DNA of 64,000 bases, taken from contig CM114271.1 in the NCBI GenBank assembly GCA_050084515.1, positions 17,112,001 to 17,176,000 of the forward strand, given 5' to 3'. Positions 1 to 12,899 of this stretch are shown here, piece by piece (within the stretch, counting starts at the first letter, position 1; each line of letters starts with the position of its first letter). Source of the stretch: Blasia pusilla (lineage: Eukaryota). The position numbers and the translations under genes are program-made. A model generated the notes under the pieces. It worked only from the letters and a program-made list of their open reading frames with translations, did no database searches and had not been told where the DNA came from.

Positions 1-473
1 CTCTCTCTCTCCTTGCCTCAAAGAGACCATCATATGCTAATCGTGAGTGAAGAGCAATGTTTCGTCATTAGGATGATTTGATAGCATGGCTTCACGGGAA
101 ACATTTCTTTCTACTTTTGTTTGTTTGTTTTTTCTCTACTCATTCTTCACAACGCCATCTTGTGGAATCTTCTTAATTTTCAACGTGTCAAGTTTTTGTA
201 CGGGAATGAAGAGTTTTCGTGCAACACTTCGGTTAAGATCGGAGCTCTAGCCTGACATGCTTAGGAGTAAGATAACCCGCAATAGTGGGTCTTCTATTTG
301 TTTGTGGCGATTTGGAGCCTAATTGAGGAATTCATAATTTCAAGGAAGTTACATATTGATGAGAGTTGATTTTCTATTTATAGAAAATTTGATGAAAGTT
401 TCCCTTGATCCACTATTGTAGGTTTAGGTTCAAGGAGATGACTTGCCTGCGTAGGTTATCAAGGGGAGGACTT

Positions 474-494
474 GGAGAGAGAGAGAGAGAGAGA
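474..494. repeat. (GA)n microsatellite
   Basis: Uninterrupted GA run; a second, longer (GA)n run lies at ~1072-1105. Confidence 0.9.
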
Positions 495-1066
495 TTGGTA
501 TTTGTGAGAACTATTCCTATTTCATTGGAGATATTTTGGTAGCTTCTCACAGTCTCACTTCCATGTTTGGATTTAATGGATGAATGAGTTAGTGCAGTGT
601 TTTGAATGTTTGATTAGTGATAGCGAGGTATGTTGTATAATGATATGTATGTTTGTAACAAAGGGCTTCCAATAGAGATATCCGGAATTGATACTTCTAA
701 CACAATATAAGTTGAAAGTATATTACACAATTTAAAAGGAAAATAATGGTTTCTAATACTCATAAATCTTAGATTTATTTGTGAGTTGTAGTAGTGGTTT
801 TTATACACTTGTGTTTTACTCTATGATTCAATTTATATTGTGAGTAAAGTACTTGCAATTTTTCCTTTACTTGTAAATCTTGTGCAGATTTCTCACAATT
901 TTGGAGCGTAATCTGTTTCTTCAAATTGAGGATGGATTTATTTCATTTATTTAAATCTTTGCATACAAAATTTACAAAGAAAAACAAGAAAAGATCTTTG
1001 TGTATGTATTTTTAGAGAGAGAATGAATAAATGAATAGATTTATTGTCCACGGGGATCCCACAGGG

Positions 1067-1108
<42 letters not shown>

Positions 1109-2280
1109 TTATTAGCCAATGTATATATATATTCTCACATTCATATCATGATTCAAAAAGGGCCTAATGTCCCTATATACTACCTTCATAGTAATCATTT
1201 TAATGCATTTGAATCTAAGAAATGATTATCACAACATATGGCGTATCATTTTGTCACTACTCCAAGATTCCTCTTGTATTATGATAAATAGTGAGAGAGT
1301 ATTTACTAAGCTCTCATTTACAAGAGGAATGTTTGAGATATTGAATGGTGAGTACCGTTCATTGCCTCACCTTCATGTATCTTCCCTCAAAATTTAAAAA
1401 CCAAAAAAATGACAAAACCTTTCAATGAAAAGTAAATATATTATGCTTTTAAAGTTGGATGACTTGAATACACTTATTTTATATTCTAATGTGGAATAGT
1501 TTACAAATTTAGGTTGGAAATAGATAAAATTTTGAGAGTGGAAACCTCATAATATTAGCAACATTTCAACGGCCTACAATGCAACCGCATATCAATGTCC
1601 CTAATATATAGAGCATGATGTTTACTTCTACCACATTTTCGAGTATTGTACAAAGTTGATGCACTATAATACTTAAGTAATGGGTTGAATTTAATATCTA
1701 ATCCTCTCGCAATACCTCACCTCGGCCTTTATTATTGTTCAATTAATGGCCTACCTCTCATTTAGACTCCTTATATCCTACCATCCACTTGTTTCCTTCG
1801 TTGCATTAGATTTATAATGTTCTTTGAGAAAAATGACGAGGTCTTTTTTTGAAATGTCCCTCCATAGGGATGATAAAGAAGAGATAAAGAAAAAGGGGAT
1901 GAGCTAAGGAATTGGAAATCCAAGCCTTGAAAATTGAAAATGAGGTTTTGCATTGTACAAGCGATGTGGCTCTTCAAAGGAAAAATATTTGTAAGCCACT
2001 TGCGTTCATCCAAATAATTTCCAATTGATTTTGAACATTCAAACTTTCTTTAGGAATGGATAACATCCCATTATAGGTATTAATGAGGAAAACATATATG
2101 ATAAAAAAATATTGAATTATAATAAAAAGAAAGGAAGGAATCATGCACGAAAGGAAGTCAAGATAAAGTGCTTGAAGTTATAACAATAGTGAAAAATAGA
2201 AATGTACTGCAAAATTCTAAGAAAAGTTATGTCAAAGAAACTAGGTTTATGATCTTAACATTAACTTATTTAAATCATAT

Positions 2281-2527
2281 TTTTTCATAATGATAGTTCT
2301 TAAATGAACTTAAGGTGTTTCAAGAGGATAGAATGCAAATGTGCTTTGAATTTGTGAGGACTTAAGAATTGAGGATTCATTTTTTGAATCAAGCCAAATC
2401 AAATAGAGATCATTGGAAAAAGAATTGAAAGGCTTCTTGTATCTCTTCCCTCTAACTCTAAGCACATTTTCATCCTCTTGTCTTCAAACACCTTAAGTTC
2501 ATTTAAGTGATATCACTATGGAAAAAA
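2281..2527. repeat. Fold-back / MITE-like inverted repeat
   Basis: Perfect 22-bp inverted pair cttaaatgaacttaaggtgttt (2299-2320) / aaacaccttaagttcatttaag (2486-2507), extending imperfectly to ~70-bp arms. No clear TSD seen. Confidence 0.6.
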
Positions 2528-3218
2528 AAAAGAACTTTTGAATATTTTTAAATAAAAAAATTAGGTGGTTTCCCATTAAAAATTATGCAAGGCTTATTAT
2601 AGGATTGGGAGAAGTCCATATCAACGACATATTCTCTTTGCGTGTGCAAGCGATAAAAGTGGACGATCAGAATCACTCAAGCGAGAATTCAAAAAGTAAA
2701 TGGGTTTATGAATAACTACATATGATGATTGCTAGGTTTGACAACTTAAGTATGATAAAAAAATGATCTCATTAATGATTTGATATATATTATTTCGTGC
2801 CATTACACATCGTTGCCAACATACATTGGCTGTCATGCACATAATGTCTAAGATCCATCTACCTATGAATCCTAACATCTCTACATATGCACGACTCGAT
2901 AACCCCAATAAATAAAGTCGAATATGAACTGCAAACTCTGATGAAATCTACGATCAATCATGCTTCATCCAAATAGCCATATCCATGAATGAGATACACA
3001 CTGTTGTAACATTAGGAGAAAGTGTACAAAGGACTCACAAAATGTGTGTGATCTTTGATCAATCCTAGCCCACTCTTCAAGAGAGAATCCTTGCTCAATA
3101 CATAAGAGCTGCACTGTATCACGTATCCTAACATGGGTTTGATCATAAGGAAAATGAGCTCCGAATGAGCTTCATCTGAAGTATACTCCCCTAAGCATCT
3201 CCATGGGTGACTTGTACA

Positions 3219-5830
3219 CAAGGTTGCACGGAAACGGGCAAGTCTGTCCATGAACGGACATGCCTAGCCTACACCCGAGCCGACATCAGATCCCGCCGCG
3301 TAGACTGGGGCTGATGGTGCCCGCACTCGCCTAATCAAGCCCGCCTAATGCTTGGGGGGGGATCACTATATGAAAGGTTCTATATCACCTATGACGTTTT
3401 AGGGCCTAGACCCCCTAGCTTATAAGTGAAATTTTTTTTCTCACCCTTATGTACTTTAAAGGAGTCATTTTTCATTTTTGGTACCCCAAAAATTCTTTAA
3501 GTAAAGCAATCACTTGAAATAAATAAGGCCTTGAAAGAAAAGAAAAGTACCAAGTTAAGTTAATATCCAACATGTTATCCTTACATATGATAGACGGGGA
3601 TTCAACCCTTAATTGAGCAAGAAGCTCAATCAGCCAATCTATAATTTCCCTAATCTACTCCCTCCCACTAACCTACTCACAATTCAACAGTGTCAAGTAC
3701 ACTCTAAGCACAATCCACAAAAATATTGAATCCAACATGTCTCAAACATTAAAAAATCACCAAGATCAACTCACACTCGGAATGTATGTAGTCAAAGCGT
3801 GTAAGTCAACTAAATCAAGTATATATATTGTATCTTGTATCCCTGATTTCATTGTCAAGTTAACATTAGAAATCACCATTTCAATATCAATCCATTGCAC
3901 ATCTATTACATCATAAGTGAACAAGGTTTTGTTGTTACCATGGACGGAAGACTTGTACCAATTACACATGACACGACAAATGCTTTCCTTCTGTACAAGA
4001 GGAGATATACGCATGCCTACCAAGTCTAAGGCCCTATGACATCTTGACCAATGTGTACCATTCTTTTGAATCATAAACACGATACGCCCCAACCAATACT
4101 CCTTTTTTGCAACTCTTGCCTCCATTGAAAGTTGTGTCTCTTTTCCCTTCATTTTCTTTGACTTCGTTGATCTTGTGGAAGGGCCAACGTCTGCTGAAGA
4201 TTCTAACAAAAATGCAATATCACTACCAACATCAACCAAATAAGTCAAAAAATTAGGATCACGATCCTTTCCCTTGCCAGTAGTGTAATATGTCTTTTGG
4301 GCTATTCGAGTTAGCATGTCCTTTGACTTGAAAGGATTGCAAGACAATTGATTTACAAGGGTGGATTTATAGATAATCTTGCCCTCATAAGTGACAGTAG
4401 GCAATATTGCATGTGGAATCGCCATAGTAGTTAGTTTTGCTTAGCAACCACCCTCACAGAGAATTGCCAATTTTCCAATGTTTCTAGAGAGCTCAAAGAT
4501 CAAAATATGAGCAACAAACAACAAAATTCGATTTTCTGATCACTCTATACACAACTTTCCAGAAGCGATGACATTGATTTGAGCTTTCAACCACACATTT
4601 CATGTTGGAAAACTATGGGTGCAACTGAATACTGCAATTGAGTGCTCGTCCGAGGTTGACGCAAGGTGGCATTAGAACAGGCAGACGCATGGTGGCTCCG
4701 TGGAGAAGCACAAGACTACAACGGAGAGATAGCAAGGAGAGGAAGACTTTTTTTTGGTGCATTAGGTTGCAAATATCTCTCTTTCACGACCAAATTTGAT
4801 TCCCCCCACGACAAAATGTGAATCAAAAGAGAGAGAGATAGAGGTCACATGCTTACCTGAATCAACATGAAAACAAGAGGGTAGATAACAATAAGCCGAC
4901 CAAGGCCGAACAATGGTGAACCAACTTCAACAACAAACCGAAACAATAGACATACACCAACGATTCTAAATAAGCACAATCCATCTGTCGAGGTTCCAAT
5001 ATCGCAGGATGTAGATCAAATTGAAAAAAAATACGCCTTCAGTTGCTTCACAAGTAGGTGTTAGTCACCACAGATCAAAGAAAGCTTTTCAACATGTCGG
5101 CTATTCGAGAAGAACTTCACAGAGGATTGATCAAAGCTCGCTCGATCATCAAACCTCCCTACAACCCGCGTGCAACTTGCTTGCAAGTTCCTCTTTCGAG
5201 TGGCGGGTGTTCGTCTTTCCTTGGAAGGTTTTCCCCTAAACCCAAACCTAGTTCAGGTCTACTCAGGAGAAATAGTGGGAAAATGGTTAAGGGGGATAAC
5301 CATTTAGAAAAAAAACTATTTTTTTCCCTCTAAATTTCCCTGCAAAGAATCAAAGAATTTCCTACCTAGGGAGGAAATTATTATATAAAATTAAAATTGA
5401 AATAAATATAACTAAATTTTATGCAAAAAATATGTATTATAGATATTTTGTGAGGATTAACCCTATCTTATGTGAACATCTTCCATGGAAGGGCAACAAA
5501 TATAAAGACCCTATTGTTCTTTTAAAAGCGTTATGGAATAAATTGAACCCTATTGTTCTTCCACAAAACTTAATAAGTCTTCCAAGGGGCGCAATTAAAA
5601 AACCCCTTACTTTGTCGCACGTGATGGGGTATATTTGTGGAAGTGAGACCCCCGAGGCCCAATGGGGGCCACATCCTCCCTACGGGCTTGGTTGCGGGTG
5701 TGGGCTCGTTAGCCCGGATTTACGTGGCGGGCTTGGGTGTGGGCCGCGATTACTTAGGCCTGCATGGACATGTCTGTCCATAGGACAAACATAAGTCTGA
5801 GGACACGGACTTTGTCCGTGTGCAACCCTA
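3219..5830. mobile_element. TIR DNA transposon with 8-bp TSD (hAT-like; P-like not excluded), probably non-autonomous
   Basis: Starts CAAGGTTGCAC (3219) and ends GTGCAACCCTA (5830). Perfect 8-bp direct repeat CTTGTACA at 3211-3218 and 5831-5838. GC-rich subterminal regions with cccg/cggg motifs at both ends. Confidence 0.8.
3766..4425 (-). CDS. 219-aa ORF inside the TIR element; function unknown (possible transposase-derived or captured fragment)
   Basis: Long open frame with protein-like composition in AT-rich DNA, starting at ATG. No DDE motif recognised. Confidence 0.4.
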   Translation of the reverse strand: MAIPHAILPTVTYEGKIIYKSTLVNQLSCNPFKSKDMLTRIAQKTYYTTGKGKDRDPNFLTYLVDVGSDIAFLLESSADVGPSTRSTKSKKMKGKETQLSMEARVAKKEYWLGRIVFMIQKNGTHWSRCHRALDLVGMRISPLVQKESICRVMCNWYKSSVHGNNKTLFTYDVIDVQWIDIEMVISNVNLTMKSGIQDTIYILDLVDLHALTTYIPSVS

Positions 5831-6555
5831 CTTGTACAAACATGTCACCTCCCTCCTAGCAGGCCACAACCAACCTAGAATACACAAGTACTAACTCTCC
5901 AATAACTACACATGTGGTCCTCTCACAAGACCAACTACCAACTAACCCTTGATCCTATGGGTCCAAGTGGAGCCACACATGGCTGGGAGGGTCAACCTCT
6001 CCAAGGTTGCCACTCCTCATAAAGGGAAGGGTGACCTACACTCATAGGTCACATACGACTTCTCAAAATAGGGAAGTACAAGATCCTTTTAAGGCCTCGA
6101 TACAATCTCGTCCTACGCCTTATCTACCATGACAATTTAGATAAGGTTTGGTGAAAAAAAGCAATACAATAGGGCTTCTTAGTACGAGCGCTCATGCCTT
6201 GAATAGCTTATTAAATGTATAGTCTTTTCATAATCCTTATTAATTATTTCATATAATTGGGTATTGATCCTAAAGTGGGATGTAAACTTTTGTTGTGTCT
6301 TTCTTTTCTTTTTTCTATTTTAAATTTCTAATAAGAAAATCAGAAGAAAAGAAAATATGTATTGCAATGCAAGTTATATACTACATATGAAGAAATTATC
6401 TAATATAAAAAATATATAAGAAAATCTACCATCAATAAAATTTCCTTTTTTAGGGTTTAAGGAAGCCTCCCAACCTTCCAAGCAACTATATTCTACCAAC
6501 ATTACTATGAATAAGTACTCCAATTGGAAGATGCAAATCTACCCAACATTCATCG

Positions 6556-7082
6556 TGTCACGTCCTTTAGGATAGATCCATAAGATCTAGTAGAGCGTCT
6601 TCAAGAGTAGTGGAGGACAGGCCTAGGAGGTCGAGGATGACCTGCTGAGGCCCCGGGAACCTGAGAGAGCAGGTTTCCCCTTCATTTTGGCTCATTTGGA
6701 GCCATATTGAGGAACTTACTATTTTAGGTAAGTACCATTTTGAGTATATGATCGACTTTATATTTTTGGTAAGTGGCCCTTGACCTCCTACATCAGGTCA
6801 AGAGCCAAGGAGGTGACTTGGGAGAATAGGTTACCATGGAGAGAGCTTGGGAAAGAGGAGGGATATATATCCCAAGGAGAGAGAGCTTGAGAGCTCATTC
6901 TCTTTTTGTTGAACCTCTTGGCATGAGGCAGCGGAGCTATGGTCCCTTGCCTTGTGAGTGTAACCCAAGCCTCTCATTAGGAGAGTGGGTTTGGTTTGAC
7001 ATGAGAGAGAGTGCACACCTTTGAGAGCTATGATGTGAGATTGTGTAGAGAGAGATTGGATCTTACTTTACAAATAGAGAAT
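6556..7082 (+). repeat. Terminal repeat A1 (5' LTR-like)
   Basis: Matches 16209-16736 with about 10 differences by eye (~98%). TATA-like gatatatat at ~6862. Confidence 0.92.
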
Positions 7083-8576
7083 GAGAGAGTCCGAGAGCTT
7101 CATGGGGGAGCTTGCTGGTCACTTGCTGTTTTTGCAGGTTGGGGACTGTGTTCCCCGTTCAACGGCTCATCGGAGCAAGGGTTGCTTGGATTGTTCTTTG
7201 CATTTGCCAATTTTTCGTGTGGAAGAGTGGCGCGCGGAAGCGCTGCCCAATTTCTGATAGGGATTGAGTATGGGGGCGGGTTGCCCCATGCCGGCGCTTT
7301 TGGGAGCACCATGTCGCTTGCTGATTTTCATTTTTACAGGTTTTACATTTTTGTTGGGAGGAATCAGCGCGGAAGTGCTGCCGAATTTTGTGTAGGGGAA
7401 AGAGACATTGGGCTTTACGACATTCCTGTCAATTTTTACTGGAATTTTTGATTCTAAATATTTTTTGATGCTGGCGTAGATCGTGAAGCTGTGCACGCTC
7501 TGCAACAAATATGCGCAATTTGGAGTTGCGAGCAAAAATTTATGGCCAATCTTGCAAAACTGCCATTGCTAGGCGATTTTTAGGGTTAAAATGTGCAAAC
7601 CCTAAACCAGCCGCCACACCGGCGGCGGCCGTCGCCGTCATAGTCACCGTCAACCATCAACGGTCAAAAGTCACCATCATCGTTCGGCCGTCACCATCAA
7701 AGGTGAACCATCACCGTCAATGGTCCACCGTCCGTTGTCCACCCTTGGTTGCCGTTGCCGCCGTTACGGAGTGGAGGGTCTTCCACAACGTTCGTTGATT
7801 CTCAGACTTGCGTCGCCATCACGTCCTTTGTTTTGGCCGCCACCGTCATCAACTTGTGATGGCATATGACCTCTTGTTATAGTGTTTGAGTTTTGATTTC
7901 ATGCTACTATGTTGTGATTGGTAGCTGCTCAACGACGATCGAGTATCGTGCCGTGACGCCCGTAGCCGCAACGCGCCGCCGATTGCCGCGCCGTGCTGCT
8001 TGTGGCCGCACCGCACCCTCTCGATCGCGGAGCCGCTCTAGCATTGTGGAGCAGAGTGTGGGTTTATTCTTGATTGAGGAGGGTATGCCGCCGAGTGCCG
8101 CATCCCATCATCGAGGGCCGTGCCGTTCGTAGCCGTTACGTGCCGCTTGCAACGCCGCACCTTTGCACTGGAACCGCACCGTCTATCGAGGAGTTTTGAG
8201 CAACTTCAGCATGGGAGGAGTATGACTTGCTGATTGGAGGACTTTTCTCCACGACTGAGTTGGGGTCGAGATTTGCAGTTGTTGAGGAGTGACATTGACA
8301 TGTGTTCAGGTTACCCATTCTAGTCTTTTACCCTGCACGTGTGAGGGATTCTGGGATTTGGGTAGTTTATTTGGAGATACTGGTTGTGTGGATGCTGAGA
8401 GTATCATTTATGTATGTGGTTTAGGGGACATAGACCTGTGTGGGATGTCCGGAGTTGAGGGAAGGTTATCGATGAAATGATAGGCTGGTCGATTTGCCCT
8501 ACCACGCCGCTTATTGCCGCACGTTACATGTCTCGGGGAGGGAGAGTGTAGATCGAGTGTCGCATGTTTGGGTTGA

Positions 8577-10215
8577 ATGATTGAGGGATTACTCGCGAGG
8601 CAAGAGTGATCGGGTGAGAAGGGCACAAGGTTCATCACAGCGTCCGTTCAGGACTTTGAGAGGCGAGGTGGTGAACGTGAGAGTAGCTCTAGAGGTTTTA
8701 CGCGGAGTGGCGTGAGGTTCCGAGGGTTTTCACTTGAGGGACCACCTCGACCTCCTTCTGTGTCATCGTCAGACAAGGGGGAGGATGTAGAGGAGTTTGT
8801 GAGCACATCGCCACACATTGTGAGTGGTCCTACCAGTTGGGCGTACAAGATGGACGACCGGGGTAGAGGACCGCGTAGGTTTTCAAATGTAGTAGGTATG
8901 ATTGAGTTGCACGATTTCATAGTAGAGTTTAGGAATTGGTGCGACTCCCAGCGGGCCAGGAACTCTAGAGAGTTCAACCAGTTTACAGCATGGAACGGTA
9001 TGTTCTAGCATTTAGAGGGGGCGCCCATGGACGATTACCATGAGTTTTCCCAGAGATATGCCCAGGAGATTGAGGCATGGCGACTCAACTACGACCCACA
9101 CTATGTGTCATGGACGGAGCCATTCCCAGATGAGGAGGAGGAGTCAGGAGAGGCTACTTCCTCTTCCACTAGTGATGTTTTGGGAGGGGTCACTCGCACT
9201 GGAGTTGTTGCACCGTCTAGTCGGGTTCATCCCAGATTAAACCCCGTGGTTGAGTTCTTTGCTAAGTTGAGGGCGAGCTACCAGGAGGTACGGACGGAGA
9301 AGTTGTGGAGCATCCACAACTTCCAAAGGTGCTCGGGTGAGAGTTTACATGAGGCTTACACTCGCTCGCGCCGGTTGATCAACGTCACTCAGGGGGTGAC
9401 AGAGGCTCAGGCTATCCAGTCATGGTACGCGATGTTGGACCAGACCCTGCGGCCACCGGTGCGGGAGGGGGTGCTTCTTATGAACACCTCCCCTACGTTG
9501 AGAGATGTTTTTAGGACCGCCAAGAACATTGAGCGCAATATGGCGGAGGAGAGCGTAGCCACCATGGTTCTTGGCGAGAGCAGTCGCGATTTGATGCACC
9601 ACCTGTGTAGCAACGTGGACTCCGAGATAGGTCAACTGTGGCACCACGAGCTCAGGGAGGATACTGGGAGCCTGTGGCACAGGGACCTGGGCCTTCATAT
9701 GCGGCTCAACAGCAGCTGCCTACTTTTACTTGTTGGTCATGTCATGGAGCCCATCATCAGCGCCATTGCACTCGTCAGGGTCAAAGACGTGTGCCTCAGC
9801 ATGGTGGAGGAGATGGTGCTGCACCAGGAGGTTATGTGTGTGACTATTGTCAGAGGTATGGTCATACATGCGCCAGTGTTTCAGTTTACATCCTGAGTTA
9901 CGTTCGGACCGAGGGCCAGAGACGGCACCAGAGCGAGTAGTTGGTCCGGGTGGGCCTAGAGATCGTGCACCAGGTGGTCCCGTTGGGGGACGAGGAGCTG
10001 GAGTGGCCCGACAGGGTGGTGGAGCTTCCCGTGGAGGAGGTAGAGTACCACCACCTAGACGCGCCGAGGGAGACGCCGGACGTGAGGCTGGGATGGCTGC
10101 TCACATACAGCAATTACATGAGCAGATTGCCGCTATGGCATTGAGGTTACCCGATGCCGGATCTGTGGCATCGACATCATATGGAGCAGCCAGAGATCTG
10201 GAGGATCCTGGTTGA
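8577..10215 (+). pseudogene. gag: Gag (retrotransposon capsid/nucleocapsid), disrupted
   Basis: Collinear frames 8712-9008 and 9027-9896 with a gag-like segment (FQRCSGESLHEAYTR). Zinc knuckles CWSCHGAHHQRHC and CDYCQRYGH. The start position is approximate. Confidence 0.75.
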
Positions 10216-10789
10216 TGGGCGAGGTTGCCCACATGGAGGCCGCCGCAGTTGTGACGCGTGGAGCAGCCGTAGAGTTGGATCCACAGCGATGGAAAGCCAG
10301 AAAACAGACTAGGCTTCCTCAGTCTTTCACGTTGTCCAAAGCGATGAGGACCCCATCGATGGGTCCTCATCAAAGTTCCTTGAGAGTTGGTGATGTTGTT
10401 GGTGTGCAGGCACGGAGGGCGATGGGAGAAGCGATTGCGACGACTCCTATTGTTGATGCTCAAGAGGGGCATGTGTCGAGCACATTGTTGGGGGCGGCCA
10501 CCGTTGTGTACCGCAATCCTTTATTTTCTGCTTCCGATGTTATGACATTGGGGGGTACGCCCGCCGAGGCTTTTCGGCTGGCCGCTTCGCTACGTGAGCG
10601 CGGAGTTGGAGTTCTTGCATCATGTTCAGAGGTGATGGACCTGCCCTTGGAGAGGATGCTCGGAGCGTCCACGTCAGATTCATGGCAGGCTGCGACTGCT
10701 AGGATGGCAGAGATGCCCGCTAGACCCGTGATAGAGCATGCAATGGCTTCTCCTGGTGTTGTGTTGTTGGATAGCTGAGGAGAGGTCTT

Positions 10790-11200
10790 CCAATTGGTGA
10801 GTCCTGGAGGTAGAGCTTTTAGTCCGAAGCGGGTCTTGTTGGATTCTGGAGCGCAACCCCGATGTTGGGGAAAGCGTCATTCAGAGGATTGGGCTTGACG
10901 AGAGCCGATGTGGAGCGTTGTCCATTCCGGATCACAGACATCCTTGGATGGAGCGAGTACCACCACAATATATCACCCGACAAGAGGTCGTGGTGAGGAT
11001 TTGCCCGAGACATCCTGAGATGAGTCCGTAGTGCGCGCCAAGGCGATAGTGATCGATCACGAGTCCTCGACGTCTTGGTTGGTGGAGCAGTGTTTTACCC
11101 AATGGGGTTTTCCCTGGATTACTGGGAGGAGTCAGCGTCCTACAGACCAGGATGGCTGTCACGTGATGGGCGCCTTAGCTCATTACCCGTTCGATTCACA
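10790..11200 (+). pseudogene. Retropepsin aspartic protease, disrupted
   Basis: FSPKRVLLDSGAQP with catalytic D-S-G at 10842-10850, followed by frameshifts. Confidence 0.75.
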
Positions 11201-11544
11201 GGTGTAGTGATCGAGCAACGGCCATGAGAGATGGCGATCTTAGCAGCATTTAGTAGTGCCATCACTTGGCCTAGTGATTTGATTGAGGGACATGTCCATG
11301 CAGAGGATACTCCTGTTCCTGACATTTCTATGGAGAGGAGTGTTATGGTAGCTGCATCATTCCGTGGAGGAGAGGTGCCGTTGTGGGGCTCGACTGAGGA
11401 GCTTCGACGATTGGCAGATGAGCATGTGCAGACCGCGTGGAGCAAGGCGTTTGCACCAGAGCATGATGGGTCTGAGGAACACGAGGTTGCAAGGAGTGCT
11501 ACGATGATACCCTTGGATACCACATCCATTGTGTGGTGTACCCC

Positions 11545-12490
11545 GGAGGAGGGTATTCGAGTGTTAGATCTCTTTGGAGGGATTAACACCAGGTTAGTTG
11601 TTGTTTCGCAGGAAGGAGTGCGAGTACAACAGTACCTGTATGTGGAGAGTGATGATGTTGCAAGGCGCGTCTCACTACAAAATGTGGCGTAGTTGCGCCT
11701 ATGTTTTCCCGACTTATTGTATGCGTCCGCAGTACGGGGGTACCAAAGTTCCCTACTGAGGGATATTTCGTTGTTGGGGGTGTAGGACTTAGAACGGGTA
11801 GGGACCATTGATTTGGTCATTGCCGATTGGCCATGTCAGGGCCAATCGAGTTGGACGAGGCAGCAGGTTTGTTGACACTCGGTCCAGGTTGTTTTGGGAG
11901 ATGTTGAGGGTCTTACGGTAGTTGCAGGAGCACCAGTCTCATTCTCCAGCCTACATTCTGGAGAATGTGCCAATCTTAGGAGACTCCAAGTCACGGATGG
12001 TGACGAGTGCTCATCAGGTGCGTGCCTGGATCGGCCCAGAAGTGTTCTTGGATGCGGCGATTGTAGGTTCTAGAGCCCATCGCCCGCGTCTATGGTGGAC
12101 CAACTTGGTGCCCCATGCCGTGCAACAGACGGCGTATGCGAGAGTAGAACGCCCCTCCCATTTGTTAGTGGATTCCATTCTGGATCAAGGTCGTCAATCA
12201 TAGGCAGTGAGGCACGATGATCGACCACCGTTGACTGTGGTCAACATGGTAGGCAGGCCGCGGGCAGCCTTGCCCACGTTTGTGAGTTTTCCCACTTCCT
12301 ATGCATAGAAGGAGGCCAGTCCTGGCTTGGTTTGGGATGACTAGGTTCAACGGTTGGTGGAGCCTAATGCCGACGAGAGAGAGCGAGTGATGGGATTTCC
12401 ACGGGGTGAGTGAGGGCGAATCGTTCGGGCCAGAGGGCAACACAACGCCATGTCTTGGGTGAGGCGATGGACTGAATCGCTTGACATGGA
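11545..12490 (+). pseudogene. C5 cytosine DNA methyltransferase domain (DNMT3-like) embedded in pol, disrupted
   Basis: Motifs in canonical order: I IRVLDLFGGI (11555-11584), II YVESD, III RDI, IV DLVIADWPCQG (PC at 11831-11836), V LFWEMLRVL, VI YILENV (ENV 11961-11969), VIII SRAHRPRLWWTNL (RPR from 12081), IX EPNADERERVMGFP (~12360-12402), X VLGEAMD (~12452-12473). Confidence 0.9.
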
Positions 12491-12899
12491 TCCTCGGCTT
12501 GGGAGTGGGTGAGCGGCGTCGTATGAGATCGCGACGAGATCACGGCCGGTTGCGTTGGTGAGCCCCATGCCCACCGAGACGATGGAGGCGTGGTGGGGCG
12601 AGACCGAGGAGATCTCGCACGAGGGAGATCGAGAGAGACACCTTGGACTTCTTGGGATGTTTTGCATGTACGCCAGAGATGATAGCCACAAAGATCGGCG
12701 TGGTTTGTGCACCGCACGTGGAGGAGATCAGAGTTTGCAGTTGGCTGCAGGAGAGCCGCCGAGTGTTGTTGTTCGAGATGGGGTTGCATCATAGCAACCA
12801 CCAATACCCGCGCCGGAGAGTCCTACTATAGTCACGATGGAGACTTGGAAGCCAAATATGGGCCCTAAGTTGACAGGAGGAGAGCGGCGCCAAATACAT

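Noticed and set aside
11545-12490. Host DNMT gene or bacterial restriction-modification methylase inserted by chance
   Set aside because: It is intronless, co-oriented and contiguous with pol, with no separate TSD or poly(A) and the same style of decay. A single-copy capture cannot be fully excluded without other copies.
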